A stretch of 64,000 bases of DNA from Mytilus californianus (Eukaryota): positions 79,360,001-79,424,000 of the forward strand of contig NW_026262712.1 of assembly GCF_021869535.1 (NCBI RefSeq), in the 5' to 3' direction. Each line of letters begins with the position of its first letter. The first letter of the stretch is position 1. This document shows, one piece after another, positions 40,200-52,568 of this stretch. The position numbers and the translations under genes were made by a program. The notes under the pieces are model-generated. The model was not told where the DNA came from, did no database searches, and worked only from the letters and a program-made list of their open reading frames with translations.

Positions 40200-41290
40200 G
40201 CCATCATGTCAGTTTATTCTCCATTCTCAAAACTATTGAAAAAACTTCTCTCCTAATAGTACGGCCGGAATTTGATATTTTCTTTCTTGTGAATTTGCCA
40301 CGGAAGAATTGTTTCGCCTAGTTCATACAAGTGGTGTTTCGGAGAAGACAACAAACGTTCATGAATTTATTTCTCTTTATTTTTTGTTGGGTGAACAGTT
40401 TTGTCGAGCTGTCTTTTTCATTAGAGAATTTTTAATACCCTGCATACTAGTATATTGTTTTCATTTTAGAAGGCCTTTTGACAGTCAAAGACATTTTAAG
40501 GTTGAATCGGAAGTAGATTTACTCTATATTGCTGCTATGTTCTTTTTGAAAAATTGAAGTACTTTCTCGAGTAATTGAGATTCCAAAGTGCGCGATAAAG
40601 CAATATCACAGACTATACCATTAATAAAAGTAATTTCCATTTGGCAGTTTGTCTTTACTCGAATGTTGGTTTCATTCTTCCAGTCTGATGAACTTTTTTG
40701 TCACAGGAAAAGTTTTGATAACCTCTGTCCCACTGTTATGCGCATGACGTCTTAGGACACGTAACGAAATTTATATTAAGGTTGATACGAAAGTATATTG
40801 ACTACATAATAATGTTTCTTCTTTAGCTTTTGATTTTATTATAGTTGAAAACTGACTTTCTTTGTCCTATACTAGAGATTTACAGTTGCTCGAAAAAGCA
40901 ATATCACTTGAACGCCGACAACTAGCCTTCCGTGCATTATAATTAATAAATGATGATTCAAATGTACTTGAATGTTCAGCTAGGCTAACTGCTGTGTTAC
41001 AGAAAGAATCTTGAATAATATATGTCCTCCTATTATTTTTAAGAGGTGGAAGAACATGTAACAAGCTAGGTTTCACATAAAGTAAACGTTTCTTACGCTT
41101 TGAAATTTCTTTTCTTAAAAACTGAATTTCTTTTTGGAATACCAGTGATTTATGGTGTTGCCGAATAGAAATTACTATATGATGATTTGTACATGCTTCG
41201 ATGTTGAGCCTCGTGATCAGTAACGGTTTTGTTTTAGAAGGAATCTTGATTATCGTTCGTTCTACTGTGGTTAATTAACAAAAGGTTCTT
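40200..41290 (-). pseudogene. Copy F: repeat units and 3' tail without a detectable N-terminal domain
   Basis: Repeat signatures (ggacacgtaacgaa, tactagagatttacagttgctcgaaaa, atgatgatttgtaca). The tail cacttgtatgaactaggcgaaacaattctt (minus strand) matches the tails of B and C. Confidence 0.65.
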
Positions 41291-44200
41291 ATATTTTATT
41301 GTACAAAACAAATGGATTAGACACAAGTTGTTCAACTTAGTTCCGTCTTCTCCATAATATACATGAATATACGTTATATTTATATTGCACATTACATAAA
41401 TTTGTAATTTTCTAATAAGCATGAAGGCACGAAAAATAATTAAATAAATAACAATAACAATAATTGTTATTATAATATTTATAAACAAGAAAATAATGGA
41501 AGCGGCTCAATGGATATCAAACGTTTTAATTTTGAATAATCAAACACACCCGAGGTAAATACCAAACGATCGGTTCAAATAGAAAACACCTACTGATATG
41601 CGTGTGTTTTTCAAGGACTTTCTATTTACCTAAATAATTTGTAAATAGTAACGTGCAATATATATTATTGTGATACGGATATTAAATTCTGACGTTAAAA
41701 ATACGGATAAAGAGATGACAAGAACATAGATTTAATGTAAGTATCCTTTTTGTATTAACTTAATAATCGAAATCCATTGAGACGAAACATTATGTTAAGG
41801 TTTATGACCCCTTCTGTGGCCTGTGAATTATGAACTTTTCAAATTGCAATAGCGTCAAAACAGCAAATATAATGAATAATAAAGATCGATCATTTTTACA
41901 TATACCGAGGGGAAACTTCGTTCAAAGCATAATTATGTATAGTTTCATTGTATTTAATAGAAAAGGGGAATTTGGTGAAAATGAAATCAAAAATTTTGTA
42001 GAAAATCCACAGACTTTAATACAGAGATTTTTGTTATAAAATTTGAAACATAGATTACTCACTTGTTTTTCTTTGATCAGCTAGCGTTTATTGTTTACAA
42101 AAAGTCCTAAACAACCTTTAAATTTCAAAATACCTCGTGCTGAGTCACTAAAGTCGAGCGCACCCTAGAAGGTGTACTTTAATTGGTCCATATTTTTATT
42201 TATTTTAACCAATATCTAAATTTATAAACTTGTTTCAAGGAAATCATTGCTAGCACTGCATGCAATAATCATAAATCTATCAAGTACCGAATTGCCAAAT
42301 ATGAGAGTACAAGGGGAAAGGCTGTGGATGTTCTATAAAATTTCCATATGTTTAGCATTGAAACAACACAAGGGTACATAATCTTTAACCGTTATGAACA
42401 GCAAATCGATCATTCGAACAATGCAACGATACTGTACTGTAGTAAAGAAAACAATAACCAGCAAGGTTGTTATCAAAGTGAGAAACGTTGTGTTTCTTTT
42501 ATATATTTATGTACTGAAGAAAATATTACAAGATTGTCATTTGTATCTAAGTTATCATTACCAAACAATAACAAATCAATTGTAACGGGAATGTCTAAGT
42601 GGGTCAGTTCAGTAAGCATAACATTTCTTTGCCGTGCAAAGTTATTACAATATAATAAATAGTGTTGGACACTTTCACTAATGTAACCACATGCACAATA
42701 TGCATCCTGTACTAAATTGGCCTTGTATAAATCCGCCCTAAGTGCACTGCACTTATTGCGAAGCCTTGCATATAATATAGATAATAGTCTATCTCCATAA
42801 AAATAGTACTTAGGAGGCTTTACGTTATGAAAATACAATTGTTGCAATTGCAACTTGAAGGAAAAGAAAGTAAGAATTTGACGAATATGCAAATCTAATT
42901 TATGCCACAATGTAATAGATAATGGAAAATAAGACTGGTGATAAACTGATAGACGGTTCTGATGGTATATTAATGTTATGTCTATTTCGCAGGTTATAAT
43001 TAGTAGTATATGATACATACGGAGGAACCAATGCTTGTAAATAATCCGGTGTTTGGTTATTTACAGTTTTATAATACATGGTCATTTTTTTAACTTCCCT
43101 TCTTACACTTAATTTCTCCCATATCGTCTCTCTATAAATAGAATTAATACTAGCATAACATGGTAAACCGGTAACTATATGTGCTGCTTCAATCTGAATC
43201 TTTTCTAACCGTTCGGAATTAATTTGCCCACAGTTGTCCCAAACTTCAAATGAATATTCCAAAATAGGACGAATAAAAATCATATAAATCTTTTCAAGAT
43301 ATTCCCTTTTTAGTTTAAATTTTAGTTTCCTCAGTACGTTTACTTGTTTTGACGTCTTCTCTATCAGTTTATCAACATGCTTATTCCATTTACAGTCACT
43401 ACTAAAAATATTACCTAAATGCTTATGTGTATCTACAGGAGCTATTGAGACTCCACCAAAATCAAAAGTAAGGACGTTCTGCATATTCCTAGTATTAAAA
43501 ATCATGATATCTGTTTTATTAGGATTAAATTTTAGCATCCACTTTTCAGACCAATTTTGCAAATTATCTAGATCAATATCTATCTAAGTCTTCAGACGTG
43601 TAACATCAAGTGCAGTATGGCCAATAGATGTGTCATCAGCAAAAAGTCTACTGAACCCTCTTAGATCATCTGCAATGTCATTTTTATAAACCAAGAACAA
43701 TAATGGACCCAGTACCGACCCCTTGGGCACACCAGCTCTTAAGCAGCCCAATGTGGACAGTGAATCTGTCATAACCACTCTTTCTGACCGTCCCGATAAG
43801 TAACTGTTCAACCAACATAATAAATCGCTATTAATGCCATATTTTTCAAGTTTATATAAAAGACCTTTGATCCAAACTCTATCAAAAGCTTTATTTATAT
43901 CCACAAATTTTATACTAGTAACTTGCTTGTCGTTTAATGCCATTATAATATTATTATACAACTCGATCAACTGGTGGGTAGTAGAATATCCGAGAATAAA
44001 TCCCGATTGAAACTTGTACAATAGATTATGTGAATGCAAATGATTAAAAATATTTTTGAAAACTATTTTTTCAAGAAGTTTGCTAACACAAGACAATAAA
44101 GAGACAGGTCTATAATTTGAGGGCAAAGATTTATCACCACTTTTAAATAATGAAATAACATGTGCAATTTTCCACTGGTTTGGGAATATTTTATCCCGTA

Positions 44201-45666
44201 ATGACCTATTGAATAATAAACAAAATGGTTTTGTAATTTGATTTCTGACAGCAAGTAACATTCTGTTGCATATAATATCAGGCCCCACCGCTTTATTAAC
44301 ATCAAGTGTGGAAATTATATCGTGCACGTTTTGTTCACTAACTATAATCAATGACAGGAAATCAACACAGCGATTGTTAAAGACTTGTAAATCCTTATCT
44401 GGATTCTCTAAATTAGCTATAGAACAAAAATATTTATTCAAAATTTCTGACTTTTCAGTACTCTCGTATGCCAAATTATAATTTTGATTAGGATCCTTCA
44501 AATGCGGTACGTCATGAACAGTCATGTCGTTTTAATGTACATATTAATAATCTTCCAATACTGTTTCGGATTCGCTTGTTTGATTTCATCTAAACTTTCA
44601 TTTAAACTAGCGTATATATGTTTTTTAGCCTGCTTTTTCAAGTTATTTACTTTTTTTCGCTGTTGTTTAAACTTAAGTTCAGCCGAAGCTGATTTCAAAC
44701 GTCGAAATAATTTACGAAATCTGTCGCGCTTGCGCATTTCACGACGCAAGTTAGAATTATACTAAATTTTGTCATCACATCGTACTACAACTTCTCATGT
44801 AGGTATACATTATGATGCTATGTCAAGGAGTGATTTAGTGAAATTAGTGCAAGCAACATTTATATTATCTGCGTCAGAAATCAAATGCTCCAAATCGGTC
44901 CCTAACACCTTTTGATTCATGACGTCAAAATCCCCATTTTTATAATCTTCCGCTTATAAGTACGACTACTTGTAAATCCGCAATCAATTGTGACATATGT
45001 TCCATCGTGATCACTGATCCCTCTATCAATAGGTATTGTGTCTTTATCGACAACAGGTACTGAATCTTAACTAAAATAGGATCAAGCAACGAAGTGTTAC
45101 CTGTACGTGTATCAAAGTGCGTCGGCTTATCTATAATATTAATAAGGCCGTTAATGAAAATAATATCTTTTATATTTGACGGTATAACTGACATGACATT
45201 TTTGTTCAGATCGCCGAAACAAATTATACTACTATTTTCATCTAAAGCCCTTTTCAACATCATATCAAAATTTTCCCAGAAATAAACTGAAGACTGTCGT
45301 TCTCATCTATAATTAATATTTATCAGTATTGACCGAAGTTTCGTCCTTAATTCGAACCACATACTTTCAACTTGACCAAGTTCTAAATCAACCCGACGAA
45401 TAATATTAATAAAACTTTTATAATACATAATTATGCCACCGCAGTTGGCATTCCGGTCTTTTCGAACTGGTGTCTCAAAACCCAATAAGGATATATCCAA
45501 ATCAGTAACGTTAATATCTTAATGTGATTCGGTAAAAAATACAATATCAAAATCTTCAATTATGTCAATTCAGTTTGTTTCTTAGGCTTCTAATATTACC
45601 GTGGAAAATTGACAATGTTTTTTCGGGTGTGTCTGATGTGCCTCTAGGACCAGGATTACTTTCTAT

Positions 45667-47450
45667 GGGTGCATTTCTTTCTAACCTAAATTTTGTAAAC
45701 GTTGTGTGGCGTTTGTTGTCGTTTTCTAAACGCTACAAAAGTAGAAACAAATACATCGTTTAATTATTGTTTTCTGACCCTATTTGAACTTTCAATAATG
45801 CATGCACATGTTGTTGGTAAATACTAAACAGACTTATCATGCTTATTACACGGTTATAATTAAATGCGGTTCCTTCAACCAACATACCTAATAAATCTCA
45901 AGACTTTACACCGTTATTTTTCTATTTCATATGTATGAATGTTTGTTGCCTATAATTAAGATTATTACTAACATGCAGTGTTTCGGGAGTTTTTGCTTAT
46001 ACTGTTAAATCATGGGTCCCTTTTCAAAAGTCTCCCAACTATTGCCTTGATTTAGCAAGTTATTCTTTTATATTTTTGTTGCGTTTATACGCTATTATAG
46101 GCACTACTAAGGGTGAAGATTTCACTGCATTGTTTGTCTTTTTGCAGATTGTTCCAATGTTTTCTTATAATTTTACTTAGAGTGCATTTCTTTCTAACCA
46201 AAATTTTGTAAACGTTGTGTGGCGTTTGTTATCGTTTGCTAAACGCTACAAAAGAAGAAACAAATGCATCGTTTAATCCGTGCTTTCTGACCCTGTTTTG
46301 AACTTTCAATAATGCATGCACGTGTTGTTGGTAATTATAGAATAACTAATCGAAGAATTCAAATAGAGTGACCGAGTGACCGAACAACACATTAATTCAC
46401 GAATGCGCGTAGCGCATGAGTTAATTATCAGTGTTGTTCGGTCACGAGTTGAATATTTTTCGATATTTGAATTCTTTGATTAGTTATTCTTTTTATTACA
46501 TTGGCAAATGGCTTTTTTTTTATGAAATTAAAGTAGAAAATGTAAGGAACTATATCTTTTTCTACGCATTCACAATTTGTTTTGATCCGACGTTATCGAC
46601 GTCTTGACAACGCCTATTGTTGTATGACGTCAGAGGAGTGAAATAACCACGTTTATTTCACATGTGAAATTATCGGTTTTTATTTCACTGGGAAATCAAT
46701 GTAATTCATTGCAACCAATGTAATAAACAGATGTATCCCCATAAGTGAAATCAAATTCGAACCATTCTAAAATATTACAAGAAAGGTAAAATATAGGGGA
46801 TACTTGATGAGGATAGGCCTAGGTCTACATGACCATAACCGAAACACCTCTTTGTAATACTGGTAATAAAAACACATACCAGATATGAATTTCTATTCTT
46901 AAAATACACACATAAGTTTCATACTACAAGCATGCAAGTATGAATTATGAAAGAAACAATATGTATCATTCACAGAGTTATACCAGCTCTAAAATTACTC
47001 AAAATGTATGCACATAGAAAATGGATGAATTACGAAGGATTATAATAAGATATACTGGATTGGTCCTGGACCCGATTGATTTTAATATATTAAAGGTTGA
47101 AGTTAGAAACAAATGTAGCGTTTGTACTAACAAACGACAAACTGCATACGCATTTTTGGCGAGTGCATAGTTTGTCAAAGTTTATATAAACGTATGTTTG
47201 AAACAAATGATCAAAACATGTGCGTCGTTTGTGCTAGAAAGAAATGCACTCTAAAATTCAAGGTTGAAGTTAGAAACAAATGTAGCGTTTGTACTAACAA
47301 ACGATGAACGACAAACTGTAGACGCATATTTAGCGAGTGCATAGTTTGTCAAAGTTTATATAAACTTTGCAAACGTATGTTAGAAAGAAATGATCAAAAC
47401 ATGTGCGCGCTTAGCCGTTTGCATCGTTTGTGTTAGAAAGAAATGCACTC
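45667..47450. mobile_element. Non-autonomous TIR element (PIF/Harbinger-like) with duplicated ends, inserted in the LINE 2A-like codons
   Basis: TIR g(g/a)gtgcatttctttctaac at 45667 and its reverse complement ending at 47450; 3-bp TSD tat (45664-45666, 47451-47453). A second left end lies at 46180 and a second right end at 47251. Confidence 0.8.
46336..46728. mobile_element. Compound hairpin MITE nested in the TIR element
   Basis: agaataactaatcgaagaattcaaata pairs with tatttgaattctttgattagttattct (1 mismatch); gtgaccgaacaacac/gtgttgttcggtcac and ttattacattgg/ccaatgtaataa pair exactly. Confidence 0.7.
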
Positions 47451-49469
47451 TATATCACCACATATTAACAATAAGCTATATAACAATATATAAAATGATA
47501 CAATATCAGAGTATGATTTGTATTTATTTAGTATCCATAACTTATATTTCTCCAAATTTACACATATTTCAAAAAGTACATCATTAAAACTACCAGTATG
47601 TTTAATAACTGTTTTTACACACCCAGAGCTAATTTTGCAATTAAACAGTCCTATTGATATTCTGTGTGCAACAATATCACTACCCATTGTCGAAAACAAA
47701 GCATTCTAATATTTAAAAAATAGGACCGTTGTATGACATTTAAAGAATACAAACAATAACACTTCGAATGATCACAATTGAGTTTTTCAACGGCATTACA
47801 TGCTGTAAAAATGATGTACAAATTGAGGTATAACAACGTAAAAGTTGAACACATTGAAAAAGGGGGTGGTCGCGAAATTAAACGAGAGAAGTTCATGATA
47901 ATCTAAGAAATAGCATTTCTATGGAAGAGATAAATAAAAGTTATTGATGATCAGATGCAAAAAAAACAGAAATTATGGTATTTTCAATTACTATTAACGA
48001 TAAAAGGAATTAGAGGCGGAGTCTACTTTGTTTGATTTTAAGGTCATACGTTATTTACTACGATCCATCACGCTAGAGTAACCATGACACCTGAATGTGA
48101 AATAACAACACAAAAGAATTTATATCTTAGTTTTGAAACTGAGATCTGTACTCATACATTTATTACAGTATTTACAAACTCAAGTGTCTGTAAACAGAAC
48201 CACGTGCTATGTCATATAATAAACAATAACAAAACACAGGATAATACAGTTCAAAAACACAAGAAAACTTTATAGACACAATCGTCTGAATTTACTAAAT
48301 ACAACCCAATTTTATACAGAATTTGTTAGTACAAAAATATGAAACTTGGTGTCTAATCCTCATCTTGGTTATCACCCTCAAGGACTTCCCCACAGAGTTT
48401 ATATATATCTTGTCTGGAGTTTACCTTTTTCGGGCTGGATACATCAGTTTTTTTCACAAGTATTGTGCCGCATGTGTCCAGAATGAATGTATTTTTTCTT
48501 TGGTACGCAGAGTACTAAGTCTGTTTATCAGATCATATCTGTGTTTCGTCAGGTTCTCAGCTATAAAAATCTTGTCGGGGTTGTTTTAAGTTTCTTTTTA
48601 TTGCTGAAGACCATGTTACGCTGACGATAAGAAAGGAATCTTACGATAATGGAGATTTTCCGTCTCTCATTTCACCAATGGGATGGGATCGACCTATGTC
48701 GAAAATACTCAATTTGTCTTTGAGTTTTTTTGTTACAAATGCGTAAGACTAGATCATCTGTATCAATTGGTGTTATGATTGCACCGTTATCATCAGTAGG
48801 CACAGGAACATTATGGAACCTTAAACTTGTTCTCCTTGAATATTGCTCTTGTTCCTCTATTCTAGATTCTACCTTGCCTAGCTTGGATTTTAGGGATTTT
48901 ATTTCGTCGCTTTGTTTTTTTTTCAATTCTGCCTCTTGCAATATCAGAGCATCTTTGTTTTGAGTAATCGTGTCAATATATGGTTGGATTCGGTCATCAA
49001 CCATTTCTATTATTTTGGGCTTCACTTGATCCATGATCTTTTCTGTTATCATAGGAATAATGGTATTGATGAATGCTTGGTCGTTTAATGTAGCACATAC
49101 CACTTCTGAATACTGTTCCATATTCAATGGATTTTGCAAGAATGTGCTCAGCATGTGGAATATGATTATCATTATCATTATCATTATTATCATGACTTTG
49201 GGATGTTTCAAATTCTTTTAGCTTAGCTTGTTTTTCGACCTGTTGCGAAGAAGGAGAAGATAAGTCTGGACTAATAGCTGGTTGATCACGTTTAGCACTA
49301 GACTTAGATGTTGTGTTGATAAAATTATCTAACTTAGATTGTTTATCTTTGTTTACTAGGTCGGCCATGTTGCTCATTATTAATTCAACTCACTTTGATT
49401 GATATTCAATTTCTTCAAAATACACACTTCCACAGTTTGTTGATGACTGAATTCAGCATACAGATATCT

Positions 49470-52400
49470 CATATAATAAATGTTCAATTCAATCCATTCA
49501 TACTTTGACAAGAAATACTTCATAATATAGATTTTCTCTCGTTTTTTGCTGCTCTGAAAATTTTCAAACCTCCATACTCAAGGGCACATAACTGGATCTT
49601 GGTCAGGTATCGCAGATTTTCTTTTTAAAGTTGACTGGAAAGACGATTTACGTCTAAGCTTTCTCTCTTCTACAGCGTTTAATCTTTTTATTCTTGAAAA
49701 CTGAAATTCTTTGTCGGATACTAGAGATGTACGGTTGTTCAAAAAATAATTATCTCCCCGAAAACGAGGACTTGAAAAAGCATTCTCACCGACACAACTA
49801 GACCTTGAATAATTGTCATTACCATATGCTGCCTTATATGTTTTTTTATGGTGAACCACTGTATCTGTTTTATTACCGAAAGAATATTGAATAGCATTCG
49901 TTCTTCTTTCTTTCACAGGAGGGTCATACAGACGTAACGAAGTTTTTCTAAAGGTTGGCTCGAAAGAAGATTTACTTCTCAGTATTGCCTCTTTTTCAGC
50001 TTTTGAAGTTGTATATTGAATTTCTTTGTCGTAAAGTGAAGATTCTGTGTTGCTCGAAAAATGATTATCTCCCCGAAAACTAGGAATCGAAAAAGCATTC
50101 TCACAGACATAACTAGGCCTTGAATAATTGGCATTACCATATGATGATTTGTATGTACTTTGATGTTGATCTGCGGTAAATGTGTTATTGCAGAAAGCAT
50201 CTTGAATAGCATTCGTTCTTCTATGTTTTACAGGAGGTTCAAAGATGCGTAACGAAGTTTTTCTAAGAGTTGATTCGAAAGAAGATTTACTTCTTAGTGT
50301 AGCCTCTTTTTAAGCGTTTGGTCTTATAAAAGTTGTATATTGAAATTCTTTGTCAGAAAGTTAGATTCTTTGTTGCTCGAAAAATAGTTATTTCCCCGAA
50401 AACTATGACTTGAAAAGGCATTCTTACAGACATAACTAGGCCTTGAATAAGTGGCATTACCATATGATGATTTGTATGTACTTTGATGTTGATCTGCGGT
50501 AAATGTGTTATTGCAGAAAGCATCTTGAATAGCATTATTCCTTCTTTGATTAACAAGAGGTTCATAGCCACGAAACGAAGTTTTTCTAAAGGTTGCCTCG
50601 AAAGAAGATTTACTTCTCAGTATTGCCTCTTTTTCAGCTTTTGAATTTGTATATTGAATTTCTTTGTCGTAAAGTGAAGATTCTGTGTTGCTCGAAAAAT
50701 GATTATCTCCCCGAAAACTAGGAATTGAAAAGGCATTCTCACAGACATAACTAGACCTTGAATAATTGGCATTACCATATGATGATTTGTATGTACTTTG
50801 GTGTTGATCCACGGTAAATGTGTTATTGTAGAAAGCATCTTGAATAGCATTCGTTCTTCTATGTTTCACAGGAGGTTCAAAGATGCGTAACGAAGTTTTT
50901 CTAAGAGTTGGTTCGAAAGAAGATTTACTTCTTAGTGTTGCCTCTTTTTAAGCGTTAGGTCTTATTAAAGTTGTATATTGAAATTCTTTGTCAAAAAGTG
51001 TAGATTCTTTGTTGCTCGAAAAATAGTTATCTCCCCGAAAATAATGACTTAAAAAGGCATTCTTACAGACATAACTAGGCCTTGAATAAGTGGCATTACC
51101 ATATGATGATTTGTATGTACTTTGATGTTGATCTGCGGTAAATGTGTTATTGCAGAAAGCATCTTGAATAGCATTATTCCTTCTTTGATTAACAAGAGGT
51201 TCATAGCCACGAAACGAGTGTTTTCTTGAGGTTGGCTCGAAAGAAGATTTATTTCTTAGTGTTGGCTCTTTTTCAGTTTTGGATCTTACAAAAGTTGGAA
51301 ATTCAATTTCTTTATTTGATACTGTAGATTCACAGCTGCTGTGATTTCTATATGATGCTTTGTATGTATTTGGGTGTTGAGCCTCAATTACTGTTTTATT
51401 GCCGAAAGAATTTTGAATAGCATTCGTCCTTATTTTATTCACAGGATGGCCATAAACATGTAACAAACCTTTCCTTAAGGTTGGCTCATAAGAAGATTTA
51501 CTTCTTAGTGATGCCTCTTTTTTAGCTGCTGATCTTATACAAGTTGTAAACAGAATGTCTTTGTCGGTAACAGCAAATTCACGGCTGCTCGAAAAATAAT
51601 TATATTCTCGAAAACTAGGACTTAAAAAAGCATTATCACAGACATAACTAGGTCTTGTATATTTGGCTTTATCATATGATGATTTGTATGAACTTTGATG
51701 TTGATTCTCAGTAAATGTTTTGATACCAAAGGATTCTTCAATAGCATTCCTCCTACTTTGATTCACAAATTGAAGTTTTCTGTCGGAAACTGTAGATTCA
51801 CAGTTGCTCGAAAATGCATTATCACATCGACTAGTTTGTGTCCTGCTTTGATTTACAGAAGGTTCATGAACTCGTAAAGAACGATATCTAGAGGTTGACT
51901 CGAAAGATGAATTATAACATATTGTTGCCTCTTTTTCAGTGTTTGATCTGGTAATACTAGACAACTGAATTTCTGTTTCGGATAATGGAGATTCACGGTT
52001 GTTCGAAAAATAATTATCTTCCCTCAAAAAAGGCCTTGAAACATTATTTTCACAGACAGAACGAGGCTTTGAACAATTGTAATTTCTATATGATGATTTG
52101 TTTATACTTGGGATTAAGCCGCGATAACTGTTTTGTTACAGATAGAATCTTCAATAACATTCCTCGCCTGACATGTAATGGATGTGTTTGGTTTCCATGT
52201 TCTCCAATGTCTACCTCCTAGGTCTCTTCGAATCTTTATCGAAATTCCATCATTATTCGTTGTAAATTTGGTCCCTCGTTTAGTTCTGAAATTTTGTTGT
52301 GTACCTTGAAACACTTCTATTTTTCATGTAAATATCCAAATTCTTCGGCTTTTCGAAAGACCCACAGTCTTCGATTATCAGTTGTGTATAACTTTCCATT

Positions 52401-52568
52401 TATAATTACAGCGGTAATAATTGCAATATCATCAAGTGAAACTGATCAGGTTAACAATTCATCCAATGTTTCCCTTATCAATGTATCACTGTAAGGTGTG
52501 CGTAGATCCCACCTGTTTGAAATAGAGTCCTGTGAATAGAAAATTTCCGATGGTTTTAATCTCATCAT
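49470..52568 (-). pseudogene. Copy D: disabled paralogue with ~8 longer (~107-aa) repeats
   Basis: ATGATG at 52568 gives MMRLKPSEIFYSQDSISNRWD...RETLDELLT*(52446)...NGKLYTTDNRRLWVFRKAEEFGY, then an A-run frameshift, then RTKRGTKFTTNNDGISIKIRRDLGGRHWRTW. Repeat ORFs lie at 50948-52027, 50324-50869 and 49578-49916. Confidence 0.85.

Larger units (their letters stand above)
42190..49400 (-). mobile_element. CR1/L2-type LINE, near full length but degraded: ORF1 48353-49377, ORF2 ~42473-47900 interrupted by a TIR element
   Basis: ORF1 EQEQYSRRTSLRFHNVP...IIVRFLSYRQR...IFIAENLT; endonuclease IFHGNIRSLRNK, GGIIMY, TSLLDPI; RT NYRPVSLLSCVSKLLEK, KAFDRVW, GVPKGSVLGPLLFL, LFADDT; C-terminal CACG...ESVQHYLLYC. 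Confidence 0.9.

Noticed and set aside
32314-52448. In-frame TGA codons in copies C (~32317) and D (52446) as selenocysteine or read-through
   Set aside because: They align to W and to E/K in paralogues, not Cys, and both copies also have frameshifts; ordinary nonsense mutations are simpler.
40200-52568. Copy F as the mere continuation of copy D across the CR1 insertion
   Set aside because: D appears to have the start of its own tail at 49470-49570, and ~900 bp of unrelated DNA separates F from the LINE end. F is treated as a separate 5'-deleted copy, though this is not certain.
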